A DNA stretch of 55,181 nt from an uncultured Candidatus Saccharibacteria bacterium (GTDB lineage Bacteria > Patescibacteriota > Minisyncoccia > Minisyncoccales > UBA5738): contig CAZUST010000002.1 of the NCBI GenBank assembly GCA_964623335.1, forward strand, positions 12,867 through 68,047, in the 5' to 3' direction. Under the pieces are notes generated by a model. The model saw only the letters and a list, made by a program, of their open reading frames with translations, searched no databases and had not been told where the DNA came from. A program made the translations under genes and the position numbers. Of the stretch, positions 32,479 through 41,480 are shown piece after piece (the stretch's first letter is position 1; each line of letters starts with the position of its first letter).

Positions 32479-33726
32479 TTATTGTTGTTCTGGATTGCCC
32501 CCCAGTTTGGTAATTGCCGCCCGCAAACGCTCATTTTCTTTTTTCAGCTCGATCATCTTCAATTCCCGGCCGATAGTTATCTTCTGGAATGTTTCCAGAT
32601 CCCTGATTTTCTTCTCCAGGTCATTGGTACGCTCAATCACCTTTTCTTCCAAAGTTTGGTTTAGCCTCTCCAACTCGACCGTACGAGCCTTGACGCGCAC
32701 TTCCAGAATCGAATTCATCTCTTCCAGATTTTGTTTGGCGTTTTCAAGCTCCCGAGTTCTATCGGCCACTATATTTTCCAACAGTTCCTTCTCGCGATAT
32801 TCCTTGATCGCGATCTTGATCAGTAAATAGCCAAACGCGCAAAAAAGTACGAACAATACGATCAAAAACGCCTGTTGCCACGAATAGTCGATAAAAAATG
32901 GCATCACCGCCAGGCTGGCCCCCATTAAACCCACGAAAATTTCGACCAATATCACTTTAACGCCGAATAATCTCTCGCATGCTGCCTGGTAAGCGACATA
33001 TCCCAGCGTCACCAGCACGACGTAATCTATCAAAAGCGAAAAAAACTTAATATATGCCAGCTCCTCGATCAATACCGGCCCGATAACGCTGAACAGCAAA
33101 TTGACTATCCCAAAGACCGCCGCGGCCAGCGCGGCCAGTTTTGCTTTCTTCCGATTTTCCAAGTCGGCGAATCGCCGGTTCTTTGACAAACGCGAAAACG
33201 ATAACATCAAAGTTCCTGCCGCCAATATCGCATAAGGCCAAAAAAGCCATCCGGGAATAACCCAGATCGCCAACGGCAGCGCAACATTAAAGCCGATATC
33301 CCGCACCACCAGAGGCGTAAACGATATCACTCCGAAAAACGTCCAGGCAAAAACTTGGAAAATATCCATTCGGCGCCTTTTCTTTTCCAATGGATTGGCC
33401 GCGGGAAAATTGGATGCGAAAAAATAAAAACCCGTGAAGAACACCGGCAGCATCGCGTAGATACCTCTTGTCGCCCAAACCGCCGCTTCATAAATATAAT
33501 TGCCGCTAAAGAAAAATTGCGCCATCGTGCTGATCAGTTCCAAATTTATCCAAAGCAACACATAAAGCATTCCCATCAAAAATAGCGATCTGGGTTTTGA
33601 ATAACGGTTGGCGATATATGCCCACAAAACAAGCTCCAATCCCACCACATTAACCAAAAAAAGCAGCAGCTTGTCTATCAAAGCTACGTAATTGATTATG
33701 TCAAAAAATAATAATCCGGAAACCAT
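32479..33726 (-). CDS. Polytopic membrane protein with C-terminal coiled coil (histidine-kinase 7TM-sensor-like, no kinase domain)
   Basis: About 300 aa of hydrophobic helices, then heptad-rich RTRELENAKQNLEE...GRELKMIELKKENERL. The stop lies 5 nt before the kinase ATG. Confidence 0.6.
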   Translation of the reverse strand: MVSGLLFFDIINYVALIDKLLLFLVNVVGLELVLWAYIANRYSKPRSLFLMGMLYVLLWINLELISTMAQFFFSGNYIYEAAVWATRGIYAMLPVFFTGFYFFASNFPAANPLEKKRRRMDIFQVFAWTFFGVISFTPLVVRDIGFNVALPLAIWVIPGWLFWPYAILAAGTLMLSFSRLSKNRRFADLENRKKAKLAALAAAVFGIVNLLFSVIGPVLIEELAYIKFFSLLIDYVVLVTLGYVAYQAACERLFGVKVILVEIFVGLMGASLAVMPFFIDYSWQQAFLIVLFVLFCAFGYLLIKIAIKEYREKELLENIVADRTRELENAKQNLEEMNSILEVRVKARTVELERLNQTLEEKVIERTNDLEKKIRDLETFQKITIGRELKMIELKKENERLRAAITKLGGNPEQQ

Positions 33727-33810
33727 AAATAAAAATGATCTTTACGCGTCCCGCCTCCTCGAAATTATTGATCTCAACGATATTTAATATTTTAACACTA
33801 AAAAACGCGA

Positions 33811-33858
33811 CGGCAAAAATCCGGACTTGTTTCTCTCTGCGCGAAAAATTTTTTGCCG
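33811..33858 (-). terminator. Hairpin with U-tract downstream of the 5'-3' exonuclease gene
   Basis: cggcaaaaa/tttttgccg 9-bp stem with a 30-nt loop, with T/A runs on both sides. Confidence 0.35.
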
Positions 33859-33865
33859 TGTTTTT

Positions 33866-34798
33866 TTAAAAAAGGGTACCGTTGCGGCTTGCCTGTCCCA
33901 ATGGCAGGCGCTTGGCCAAGCTCGCCAGGCCTATTTCCAATAACGCTGCCTTGGGTTTGTCTCCCGAAAAATTATCAAACCGGCAATTTTCAAACACTTG
34001 GCCCACCGCCGCGTCCGTGCGCATCGTCGCCAATTTTTTAAATTGCAGAATCTTTTCCTTATTTTCCAAAAGAATGGTTTTTAACCGCTGGCCGTTGCCA
34101 TTGCCGGTTACCGCCAAATCGCCGTTCTTTTCGGCCGCCGCGTACAACTCTTCCAGACTGGCAAAATTTTGCAGTATTTGCGCTGCCGCTTTGGGTCCGA
34201 TGCCCGGTGCCCCCGGAATATTGTCCGACGGATCTCCCGCCAATGCTTTATAATCCGGAATCTGCTCCGGCTCCACGCCAACCTCTTTTTTTACTTTGGC
34301 CGCGTCAAACATCACCGCGTTTTTCACGCCGCGGGTGATAATAAACGATTTGACGTTGTCGCGCGCCAATTGCAGGCTGTCGCGATCCCCCGTCAGTACG
34401 TAAAAATCCGTATCCGCGTTATTCGGATCTTTTTGCCCCGCCGCCACCACTGACGCGATCAAATCGTCCGCCTCAAACCCGTCTTTGGTAAAAACTTTTA
34501 CTCCCATATCTCTCAATAGGCGTTGCACGATCTCAAATTGCGGGATCAGGGTTTCCGGAGTTTCGGGCCGCTGCGATTTATAATCTCCAAATTCCTCGTG
34601 CCGGAAAGTTGGCGCTTTAGTATCAAAGCATACCGCGATATGTTTTGGCCGGAAATCCTCGATCGATTTGAACAACGCCAGCATGAATCCGTAAACCGCG
34701 CCTATCGGTTCCCCTTTTTTGTTTGTTAGAGGCGGCATCGCGTGAAACCCCCGATGCAGCACCGAATTACCGTCAATAATGATGAAATTATTTTTCAT
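33866..34798 (-). CDS. 5'-3' exonuclease (Pol I N-terminal/FEN-like domain, stand-alone)
   Basis: IIIDGNSVLHRGFHA, GDRDSLQL and H3TH-like region GDPSDNIPGAPGIGPKAA. No polymerase domain. Confidence 0.85.
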   Translation of the reverse strand: MKNNFIIIDGNSVLHRGFHAMPPLTNKKGEPIGAVYGFMLALFKSIEDFRPKHIAVCFDTKAPTFRHEEFGDYKSQRPETPETLIPQFEIVQRLLRDMGVKVFTKDGFEADDLIASVVAAGQKDPNNADTDFYVLTGDRDSLQLARDNVKSFIITRGVKNAVMFDAAKVKKEVGVEPEQIPDYKALAGDPSDNIPGAPGIGPKAAAQILQNFASLEELYAAAEKNGDLAVTGNGNGQRLKTILLENKEKILQFKKLATMRTDAAVGQVFENCRFDNFSGDKPKAALLEIGLASLAKRLPLGQASRNGTLF

Positions 34799-35275
34799 TT
34801 AATTTATAATTTCTACTTTTATTTCTCTTTCGTTTTCGCCGCGAACCGCGAACCCTATCTCCAGCGTCTCGCCAAATTGCAGATCTTTCTCCACCACCGC
34901 GGGCCATTCCAGTACCACGATATTTTCCGGCGCCGCCAGAATCGCGCCGATCCCCAGATCTTCCAAGTCGCGCCCCGAACTCAATCGGTAGCAATCGATA
35001 TGGTAAAAATTATTAAATCCGCCTTGCCCGGCCAGCGCGTATTTTTTCATGATTATAAATGTCGGGCTGTTTACCGTTTCCCTTACCCCCAGTCCTTTGG
35101 CAAACCCTTGCGTAAACTGGGTTTTTCCCGCGCCCAAGTCGCCCCGCAACAATAAAACCCGCGCCCGATCGCCTTTGCCGCTTTCTAAAATCGTTTTTGC
35201 CAACATTCCGCCCAACCGGCTTGTTTTTGCCGGTGAATTTGTCGCGTAAATCAATTTTTTCTTTTTTTTGTCCAC
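34799..35275 (-). CDS. tsaE: tRNA threonylcarbamoyladenosine biosynthesis ATPase TsaE
   Basis: P-loop LRGDLGAGKTQFTQGFAKGLG and YHIDCYRL motif. Confidence 0.85.
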   Translation of the reverse strand: MDKKKKKLIYATNSPAKTSRLGGMLAKTILESGKGDRARVLLLRGDLGAGKTQFTQGFAKGLGVRETVNSPTFIIMKKYALAGQGGFNNFYHIDCYRLSSGRDLEDLGIGAILAAPENIVVLEWPAVVEKDLQFGETLEIGFAVRGENEREIKVEIIN

Positions 35276-35385
35276 GTTTTTGTTTGACTTTTCTCTCGCT
35301 CTGGGATACTTTTAAACAATATTCTGCAACTCTTTTGATCGTAACGATAAAATAACATATATCATATTATTGATTTTCGCACATC

Positions 35386-36714
35386 ATGAGCACATCTCAA
35401 AAAATCACTCAAAAAATCACCCTGCCCCAGGGTCTCACCGAAGCTCTGCGTGTTTCGATGGCGGGATTGGCTGGCCTCCGCGCCGAAATCGAAAAACGGA
35501 TGGCCGAAAAAGATGTGACCGTCACTCAAATCGTCGAAATGATACTTGCCGGTTCGATCGCCCTTGACGGCTCCGATATTCACATCGAAGGCCAGGAAAA
35601 CGACGCCAAACTTCGCATCCGTCTGGACGGCGTTCTGCAGGATGTGATGGTTTTCGATAAAAAAACCTACGAATCCTTGGTCAACCGCGTCAAACTTCTT
35701 TCGGAAATGAAATTGAATATTGCCAATAAACCGCAAGATGGCCGCTTTTCGATTCTGGCCGGTGATGATTCCGTGGAAATCCGCGCCTCTATTCTGCCCA
35801 CCGAATATGGCGATTCGATCGTCATGAGAATTTTGAACCCCAAAAGCCTGATCAGTTTGGACCAGGCGGGCTTGCGCAAAGACCTTTATGATATCTTCTT
35901 GCAGCAGATCAACCGCCCCAACGGCATGATCATCGTCACCGGCCCTACCGGATCCGGTAAAACAACCACTCTCTACGCCTTTTTAAAACAGATCCAAAAT
36001 TCCGAGATCAAGATCATTACTATTGAAGACCCGATCGAATACCATCTGGAAGGGATTTCCCAAACCCAAGTCGAACCTGACAAAGGGTATGATTTTGTTT
36101 CCGGTTTGCGCGCCATTGTCCGCCAAGATCCGGACGTCATTCTTGTCGGTGAAATCCGCGATCTTGAAACTGCCGACATCGCGCTCCAGGCCGCCCTTAC
36201 TGGCCACATGGTCTTTTCGACGCTCCACACCAATGATGCCGCCGGCACGATTGCCCGTTTGATCAGTTTGGGCGCCAAACCATTCAACATCGGCCCGGCC
36301 CTGAACATGGCCGTCGCTCAACGCCTGGTCCGCAAAGTTTGCGTTGATTGCGGTGTATTAGAAACTCCCGCCCCCGAAGAACTGGCTGAATTCAACGAAT
36401 TACTGGTTCCGGTCGCCGCCGATTTAACCCAAAAGGGCGTGCAATTACCGCCCATCGACGCTAATTTCAAAATTCCCCGCGCCAAGGGATGCCCCAAATG
36501 CAACAATACTGGTTATCGCGGCCGGGTAGGAATTTATGAGGCTTTTTTAATTGACAGTGAAATTCAAAGCTATATTTTGGGACAGCCTACTATCCCCGGG
36601 TTGAAGGCAATGGCGCAAAGAAAGGGCATGTTGACGATGTATCAAGATGGCTTGGTAAAAGTATCCCAAAGCTTGACCACATTGGATGAAATACGCCGGG
36701 TCGCGGAAAAATAA
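35386..36714 (+). CDS. pilB: Type IV pilus / type II secretion assembly ATPase (PilB/GspE family)
   Basis: Walker A GPTGSGKTTTLY, Walker B DPDVILVGEIRD, His box GHMVFSTLHTNDA, tetracysteine CVDCG...CPKCNNTGYRGR. Confidence 0.9.
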   Translation: MSTSQKITQKITLPQGLTEALRVSMAGLAGLRAEIEKRMAEKDVTVTQIVEMILAGSIALDGSDIHIEGQENDAKLRIRLDGVLQDVMVFDKKTYESLVNRVKLLSEMKLNIANKPQDGRFSILAGDDSVEIRASILPTEYGDSIVMRILNPKSLISLDQAGLRKDLYDIFLQQINRPNGMIIVTGPTGSGKTTTLYAFLKQIQNSEIKIITIEDPIEYHLEGISQTQVEPDKGYDFVSGLRAIVRQDPDVILVGEIRDLETADIALQAALTGHMVFSTLHTNDAAGTIARLISLGAKPFNIGPALNMAVAQRLVRKVCVDCGVLETPAPEELAEFNELLVPVAADLTQKGVQLPPIDANFKIPRAKGCPKCNNTGYRGRVGIYEAFLIDSEIQSYILGQPTIPGLKAMAQRKGMLTMYQDGLVKVSQSLTTLDEIRRVAEK

Positions 36715-37114
36715 TCCCCCGATTTTAATCAAAAAACCCCGGAATCGGGAGTCAAATTGGTTCTGCGCCCAATTTTTGGAATTCCCCGAGGAATATCCCA
36801 GCCTCAGCCAGGGTACCCATCGTAAAAAATTCCAGACTCCCAATTTCGGGATTTTTTTGCTTGCTCTAGTATTATAGTATATTTCAATTTTCTTGTCAAG
36901 CCTTTTGCCCCGCGATAATTAAAACCGTTTGATTGACTAATCCCGAATTTTAATGTAGTATTGTCAATATCAGCACAAAATCGACTGTTTTGTGATGATT
37001 TTTTTGTGGAAATCCATTTTCCATATATACATATTAATACAATAAATCTAATCGTTTAATTTCTCTTTCGGCCCGCAAAAAGCCGGCCCAAACAGGAAAT
37101 TGAATTTTATTCCC

Positions 37115-37849
37115 ATGTCCGGACATTCTCACGCGAAAACTATTGCTCACGATAAAAATATTGCCGACCAAAAACGCGGTGCGGCGTTCTCGAAAATGAT
37201 CCGCCTCATTACTGTCGCGGTAAAAGATGGCGGTCCTAACGTTGAAACCAACGCGCGTTTGCGCATGGCTCTGGATATGGCCAAGGGTATCAACATGCCC
37301 AAAGATAACATTGAGCGCGCCATCTCTCGCGCGTCCGGCGCCGAAGAAGGCCAAATTTTTTCCGATTTTCTGTTCGAAGGCATGGGACCCGGCAACATCG
37401 CCATTCTCGTCGAAGGCATTACCGACAACAAAAACCGTGCCGTCAACGATATCAAAACCATTTTAAGCCAGAACGGGGGGAAAATGGTTGGCGAAGGCGC
37501 GGTTCGTTGGATGTTTGAACGCAAAGGAATTCTTATTGTTGAATTGGCCGAACAGCCCGCCGAAATGCAAAACAAGGAAAATTTGGAAATGGAAGCGATT
37601 GAAGCTGGCGCTGACGATATTTATTGGTTCGAAAATATTCTGGAAATCCATACCTCCCCCGAGTCGACCGAAGCGACCAAAAAAGCTCTCGAATCCAAGG
37701 GTGTCAAAGTTAAATCTTTTTCCTTGGGGTGGTTGCCCAAAGAAGAAGTTGAAGGTGATGAAAAAATCAAGGAACAGAACGAAAAACTGATGGAAAAACT
37801 CAACGACAACGATTCTGTTCAGGAAGTCTACTCCAACCTCAAAGATTAA
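37115..37849 (+). CDS. yebC: YebC/PmpR family DNA-binding regulator
   Basis: MSGHSHAKTIAHDKNIADQKRGAAFSKMIR... is a typical YebC N-terminus. The ORF track starts at a TTG at 37100. Confidence 0.9.
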   Translation: MSGHSHAKTIAHDKNIADQKRGAAFSKMIRLITVAVKDGGPNVETNARLRMALDMAKGINMPKDNIERAISRASGAEEGQIFSDFLFEGMGPGNIAILVEGITDNKNRAVNDIKTILSQNGGKMVGEGAVRWMFERKGILIVELAEQPAEMQNKENLEMEAIEAGADDIYWFENILEIHTSPESTEATKKALESKGVKVKSFSLGWLPKEEVEGDEKIKEQNEKLMEKLNDNDSVQEVYSNLKD

Positions 37850-37896
37850 TCCCTAATCGTTAAATCTCTAATCACTGACAAAACAAAACGCAAAAA

Positions 37897-37919
37897 GCCC
37901 CGCTGACGCGGAGTTTTTT
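37897..37919. terminator. Terminator hairpin between the convergent yebC and AAA-ATPase genes
   Basis: On the minus strand: ctccgc-gtca-gcgggg followed by CTTTTTG. On the plus strand it is followed by TTTTTTG. Confidence 0.5.
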
Positions 37920-37975
37920 GGTATTCGCATTTTGCGTTCGCAGGGTAATTCTTACGCTCATCCGCATTTTTACAA

Positions 37976-39157
37976 TTAGCGGATGGCGCCGGCCCAGACG
38001 TAATCGCTAAAAGTCGGAGACAAGTTTTTGCCGATCAAGCGATAATTTTTGATGCCGGCAACTTTTGCCATTTCGGCAAGATCGTTCTTATCCGGCTCTA
38101 TGGGCGTTTCTTTGGCTTCAAGCGCGTATTTTTTATTGAAAACAAAATCAATTTCCCGCCCGTTTTTCAACGCGTAATATCTGATCTCCCCTTGCGTCCG
38201 CAATTGCGCGAAAACCGCGTTTTCAAATTTTGCGCCGCCGCCGACATCTGCCAAAATACCCAGTATGCCGCTGTCGCAAAAATAAAGTTTTTCGGCTTTG
38301 ACAATTTCGCGATCGGGATTATTGGTGAAAACCGGAATTCTTGAAATTAAATAGGTTCCCTCAAACAAATCCAGATAATTTTTAATCACGGGACGCGCCA
38401 AACCGCTCAACCTTGACAATTTCGCGTAATCCAGCCGCGTGCCGACACGGCCAGCCAGCATTTTCATCAGATTGGCAATATTCCTCCGATCGGCAAAGTC
38501 CGCCAATGTCGCCACGTCAACATTGGCATAGGAACTTAAAATCTCGTTGAGCAAATCTTTCTTTTCTTGATTTGACGGCGCCAAAACCACCTGCGGAAAG
38601 CCGCCATATTCAACAAACTCTTCGTAGTTTGATTTGAGCCAGCTATATTCGGCCGGATCAAAATTTTTGTCCTCCCAATCGCCGCCAGAAGCGATCTTGA
38701 CATTTTTAAACGCCAAAAATTCGGCAAAATCCAACGGGAAAAGTTCAAAAATTTTTTTCCGGCCGGCCAGCGATTCGGTAAAAAGATTTTTTAAATAATA
38801 AGAACTTGATCCGGTGACCACAAACTTGATGTCGTAATTATCATAGAGATATTTTAAAATCCCGGGAATTTCTTTTACTAACTGAATCTCGTCCAAAAAA
38901 ACATAAACTTTCTGGGAAAAATCCAACCCGCGCCGCTTCAAGCTCTCGACAATCGCGTCAAAATTGCGTGGCGAAAAAATATCCTGGTTGGCAAGAATTT
39001 GCAAGTCAAAATAGATTTTGTTTTCCGAATCGATTTCTTCCAATAACTGTTTCACCAAAGTGGTTTTTCCGGTGCGCCGCATTCCCGTCAACACCGTGAT
39101 CTCTTTTTTGGCCAGATGCTCTTTGAGTTCTTTATGGATTTTCCTGGGATAAATCAT
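37976..39157 (-). CDS. AAA+ ATPase with C-terminal DUF4143-like domain
   Basis: Walker A LTGMRRTGKTTL, Walker B VFLDEIQ. 393 aa with the architecture typical of the AAA_14/DUF4143 family. Confidence 0.75.
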   Translation of the reverse strand: MIYPRKIHKELKEHLAKKEITVLTGMRRTGKTTLVKQLLEEIDSENKIYFDLQILANQDIFSPRNFDAIVESLKRRGLDFSQKVYVFLDEIQLVKEIPGILKYLYDNYDIKFVVTGSSSYYLKNLFTESLAGRKKIFELFPLDFAEFLAFKNVKIASGGDWEDKNFDPAEYSWLKSNYEEFVEYGGFPQVVLAPSNQEKKDLLNEILSSYANVDVATLADFADRRNIANLMKMLAGRVGTRLDYAKLSRLSGLARPVIKNYLDLFEGTYLISRIPVFTNNPDREIVKAEKLYFCDSGILGILADVGGGAKFENAVFAQLRTQGEIRYYALKNGREIDFVFNKKYALEAKETPIEPDKNDLAEMAKVAGIKNYRLIGKNLSPTFSDYVWAGAIR

Positions 39158-39405
39158 AATTTTATATTTAAAAAAGTATTACTATTTGTATCTAAATCTT
39201 ACCATTTAGTAACACTTTTTGTCAATTCCACGGTAAAGTATTTGTACGGGCAATGGTTAGATTTTAGATGTCCAAACGCATTCGAAAGTGGCCAATCCGG
39301 GCAAGTGAGAGTATAATGGAAGCACTCTGAATTTTAATCAATTTTGACATTTTTCACTTTGGCATTTCTTTGTCATTGGAAATTGGAAATCTTGATATTT
39401 TGATT

Positions 39406-39891
39406 ATGTTAATTTTAGGCATTGACCCCGGACTGGCGACCACCGGTTTTGGACTGGTTAGCCCCGACAAAACCGCCCCCTCCAAACTTAAATGTGTTGC
39501 TTATGGTACGATCGACACCGCTCCCAGCCTGATTCTGCCCGAACGCCTGAAAAAAATCCACACCGATCTAAATCGTATCATCACCCAATACCAGCCCCGC
39601 GCTCTGGTCATGGAAAATGTGTTTTTCTTCAAAAACGCCAAAACCATCATCCCGGTCAGCCAGGCCCAAGGAGTGATTTTGTTGTCCGCCGCCAAAAAGA
39701 AAATGCCGGTTTACCGCTACACCCCCATCGAGGTTAAAATGACCATTACCGGGTTCACCAAATCCGATAAAAAAGATGTCCAGCGCGAGATCCGTAAAAT
39801 CTTGCGCCTGGAAGAAGTTCCCAAACCTGACGACGCCGCCGACGCCCTCTCGATCGCTTCCACCTACCTTATCCGCAGTATGAATTTGTGA
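39406..39891 (+). CDS. ruvC: Holliday junction resolvase RuvC
   Basis: ILGIDPGLATTGFG catalytic N-terminus and C-terminal DAADALSIA. ATG at 39406 preferred. Confidence 0.9.
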   Translation: MLILGIDPGLATTGFGLVSPDKTAPSKLKCVAYGTIDTAPSLILPERLKKIHTDLNRIITQYQPRALVMENVFFFKNAKTIIPVSQAQGVILLSAAKKKMPVYRYTPIEVKMTITGFTKSDKKDVQREIRKILRLEEVPKPDDAADALSIASTYLIRSMNL

Positions 39892-39945
39892 TCCTGGTTA
39901 AGATGGAACAAATTTTAATCTCGGAAGATATCAATTGATTAGCTT

Positions 39946-40131
39946 TAAATAAACTGTCCGGGGACTAGCTCGAATCGATAAGCCCCGAGGTGTTCCGGCG
40001 GGGAAATCAAACTACCGTGCGCCCAAGGCGGCGCGGTATTTCCGCGGAAAAGTTTGTTAATCCTTCGCTTCGCGATCGCCGCGCTGCGGGCGGATATTTA
40101 TCCCCGATGTGAAACCTCGGGGTATTCTGCC
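39946..40131. repeat. Family-A mosaic repeat locus including the 98-nt composite module
   Basis: ccggcggggaaatcaaactaccgtgcgcccaaggcggcgcggta core, then 40034-40131, homologous to 29017-29114. Confidence 0.85.
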
Positions 40132-40146
40132 AAATCAATAACCAAA

Positions 40147-40172
40147 AAAACTGTTGGGTTATTAACAGTTTT
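40147..40172. terminator. Bidirectional terminator between ruvC and tyrS
   Basis: aaaactgtt/aacagtttt stem flanked by an A-run and a T-run. Confidence 0.6.
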
Positions 40173-40211
40173 TTGCGGATTATCAATATATTATTAACAA
40201 GTTATCCACAA

Positions 40212-41411
40212 CTAATCAACCTTAAAATATTTATCCTTTCCGATCTGGACCAATTGCCCCGGTTTTATTTCAATCACCTCTTTGATATTGTTTTTTTTCT
40301 GGTTATCAATTTTCACCCCGCCCTGCGCCACCAGCCGCCTTGCCTCGGATTTTGATGTTGCCGCCCCGGTTGCCGCCACCAGATCGACGATGTTTATTGT
40401 TTTTTCCGCAATCGCCACCGCCGGAATGTTGGCGGGTAGATTTCCCTTCTGTTTTACCGAAACAAATTCCGCCGCCGCTCCTTCCGCCGCCGCCGGATCG
40501 TGATAGGTCGCGACGATTTTTTTAGCCAGCTCCATTTTTACGTCCCGCGGATGCTTTTGCCCGGCGCCCACGTCTTTCTTGTTTTTTTCAATATCTTCTC
40601 TTGATATATCGGTCAGCAACTCAAAATAATTCCACATCATCTCGTCGCCGATCTGCATTATTTTATTGAACATTTGAACCGGCTCCTCATTGATTTTGAT
40701 ATAATTACCCGCCGATTTGCTCATCTTTTTTACTCCATCGATCCCGATCAGCAACGGCACCGTTATTACGTCCTGTTCCGGCTGTCCGAACGCCCGCTGA
40801 ACCTTGCGTCCGAATAACAAGTTAAGCCATTGATCATGACCGCCCAATTCCACATCCGCCTTGACGGCCACCGAATCGTATCCCTGCAATAACGGATACA
40901 AAAGCTCCAGCATGCTCACATCGAGCCCCCCCTTTAACCGCCTTTGGAAATCGTCGCGTTCAATCAGCCGCGCCACCGTAAAACGCCCCGCCAGATCCAT
41001 TAAAAACGACATTGGTTTGTTGCCAAACCACTCGCTGTTATGGTGGACTTCCGCCGTGCCGATATCGATCACTTTGGCGGCTTGCTTTATATAATCCTTC
41101 ATGTTATTTCGAATTTGTTCCGGAGTTAACGGCGGCCGCGAGGTCGTCCTTCCCGAAGGATCACCGATCAGGGTGGTAAAATCGCCGATGATCAGCACCG
41201 CCTTATGACCCATTTTTTGGAATTGCGCCAGCTTGCGCAAACCAATCGAATGTCCCAAATGGATATCGGGCGCGGTGGGATCGATTCCCATTTTGATGCG
41301 CAGCTGCCGGCCGGATTTCATTTTTTCCGCCAGAGTCGCGCTCTCAAAAACCCCCTCCACTCCTCTCTCCATTGCCTCTTTTATTTTTTGCGAATCAGTG
41401 TTTATTTCCAT
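40212..41411 (-). CDS. tyrS: Tyrosyl-tRNA synthetase
   Basis: HIGH-type motif DIHLGH, KMSKS, C-terminal S4-like domain SKSEARRLVAQGGVKID. Confidence 0.9.
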   Translation of the reverse strand: MEINTDSQKIKEAMERGVEGVFESATLAEKMKSGRQLRIKMGIDPTAPDIHLGHSIGLRKLAQFQKMGHKAVLIIGDFTTLIGDPSGRTTSRPPLTPEQIRNNMKDYIKQAAKVIDIGTAEVHHNSEWFGNKPMSFLMDLAGRFTVARLIERDDFQRRLKGGLDVSMLELLYPLLQGYDSVAVKADVELGGHDQWLNLLFGRKVQRAFGQPEQDVITVPLLIGIDGVKKMSKSAGNYIKINEEPVQMFNKIMQIGDEMMWNYFELLTDISREDIEKNKKDVGAGQKHPRDVKMELAKKIVATYHDPAAAEGAAAEFVSVKQKGNLPANIPAVAIAEKTINIVDLVAATGAATSKSEARRLVAQGGVKIDNQKKNNIKEVIEIKPGQLVQIGKDKYFKVD

Positions 41412-41480
41412 ATAAATTCATTTTACAATAAAAAAATCGCCTCATAAACCGGTTCCTTTCCGAATTACTAAATAATTTTC

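Noticed and set aside
40202-40210. Perfect DnaA box TTATCCACA just beyond the tyrS stop.
   Set aside because: It is an isolated single box 4-6 kb from the dnaA region, with no AT-rich unwinding element or box cluster. It is probably fortuitous or a minor titration site.
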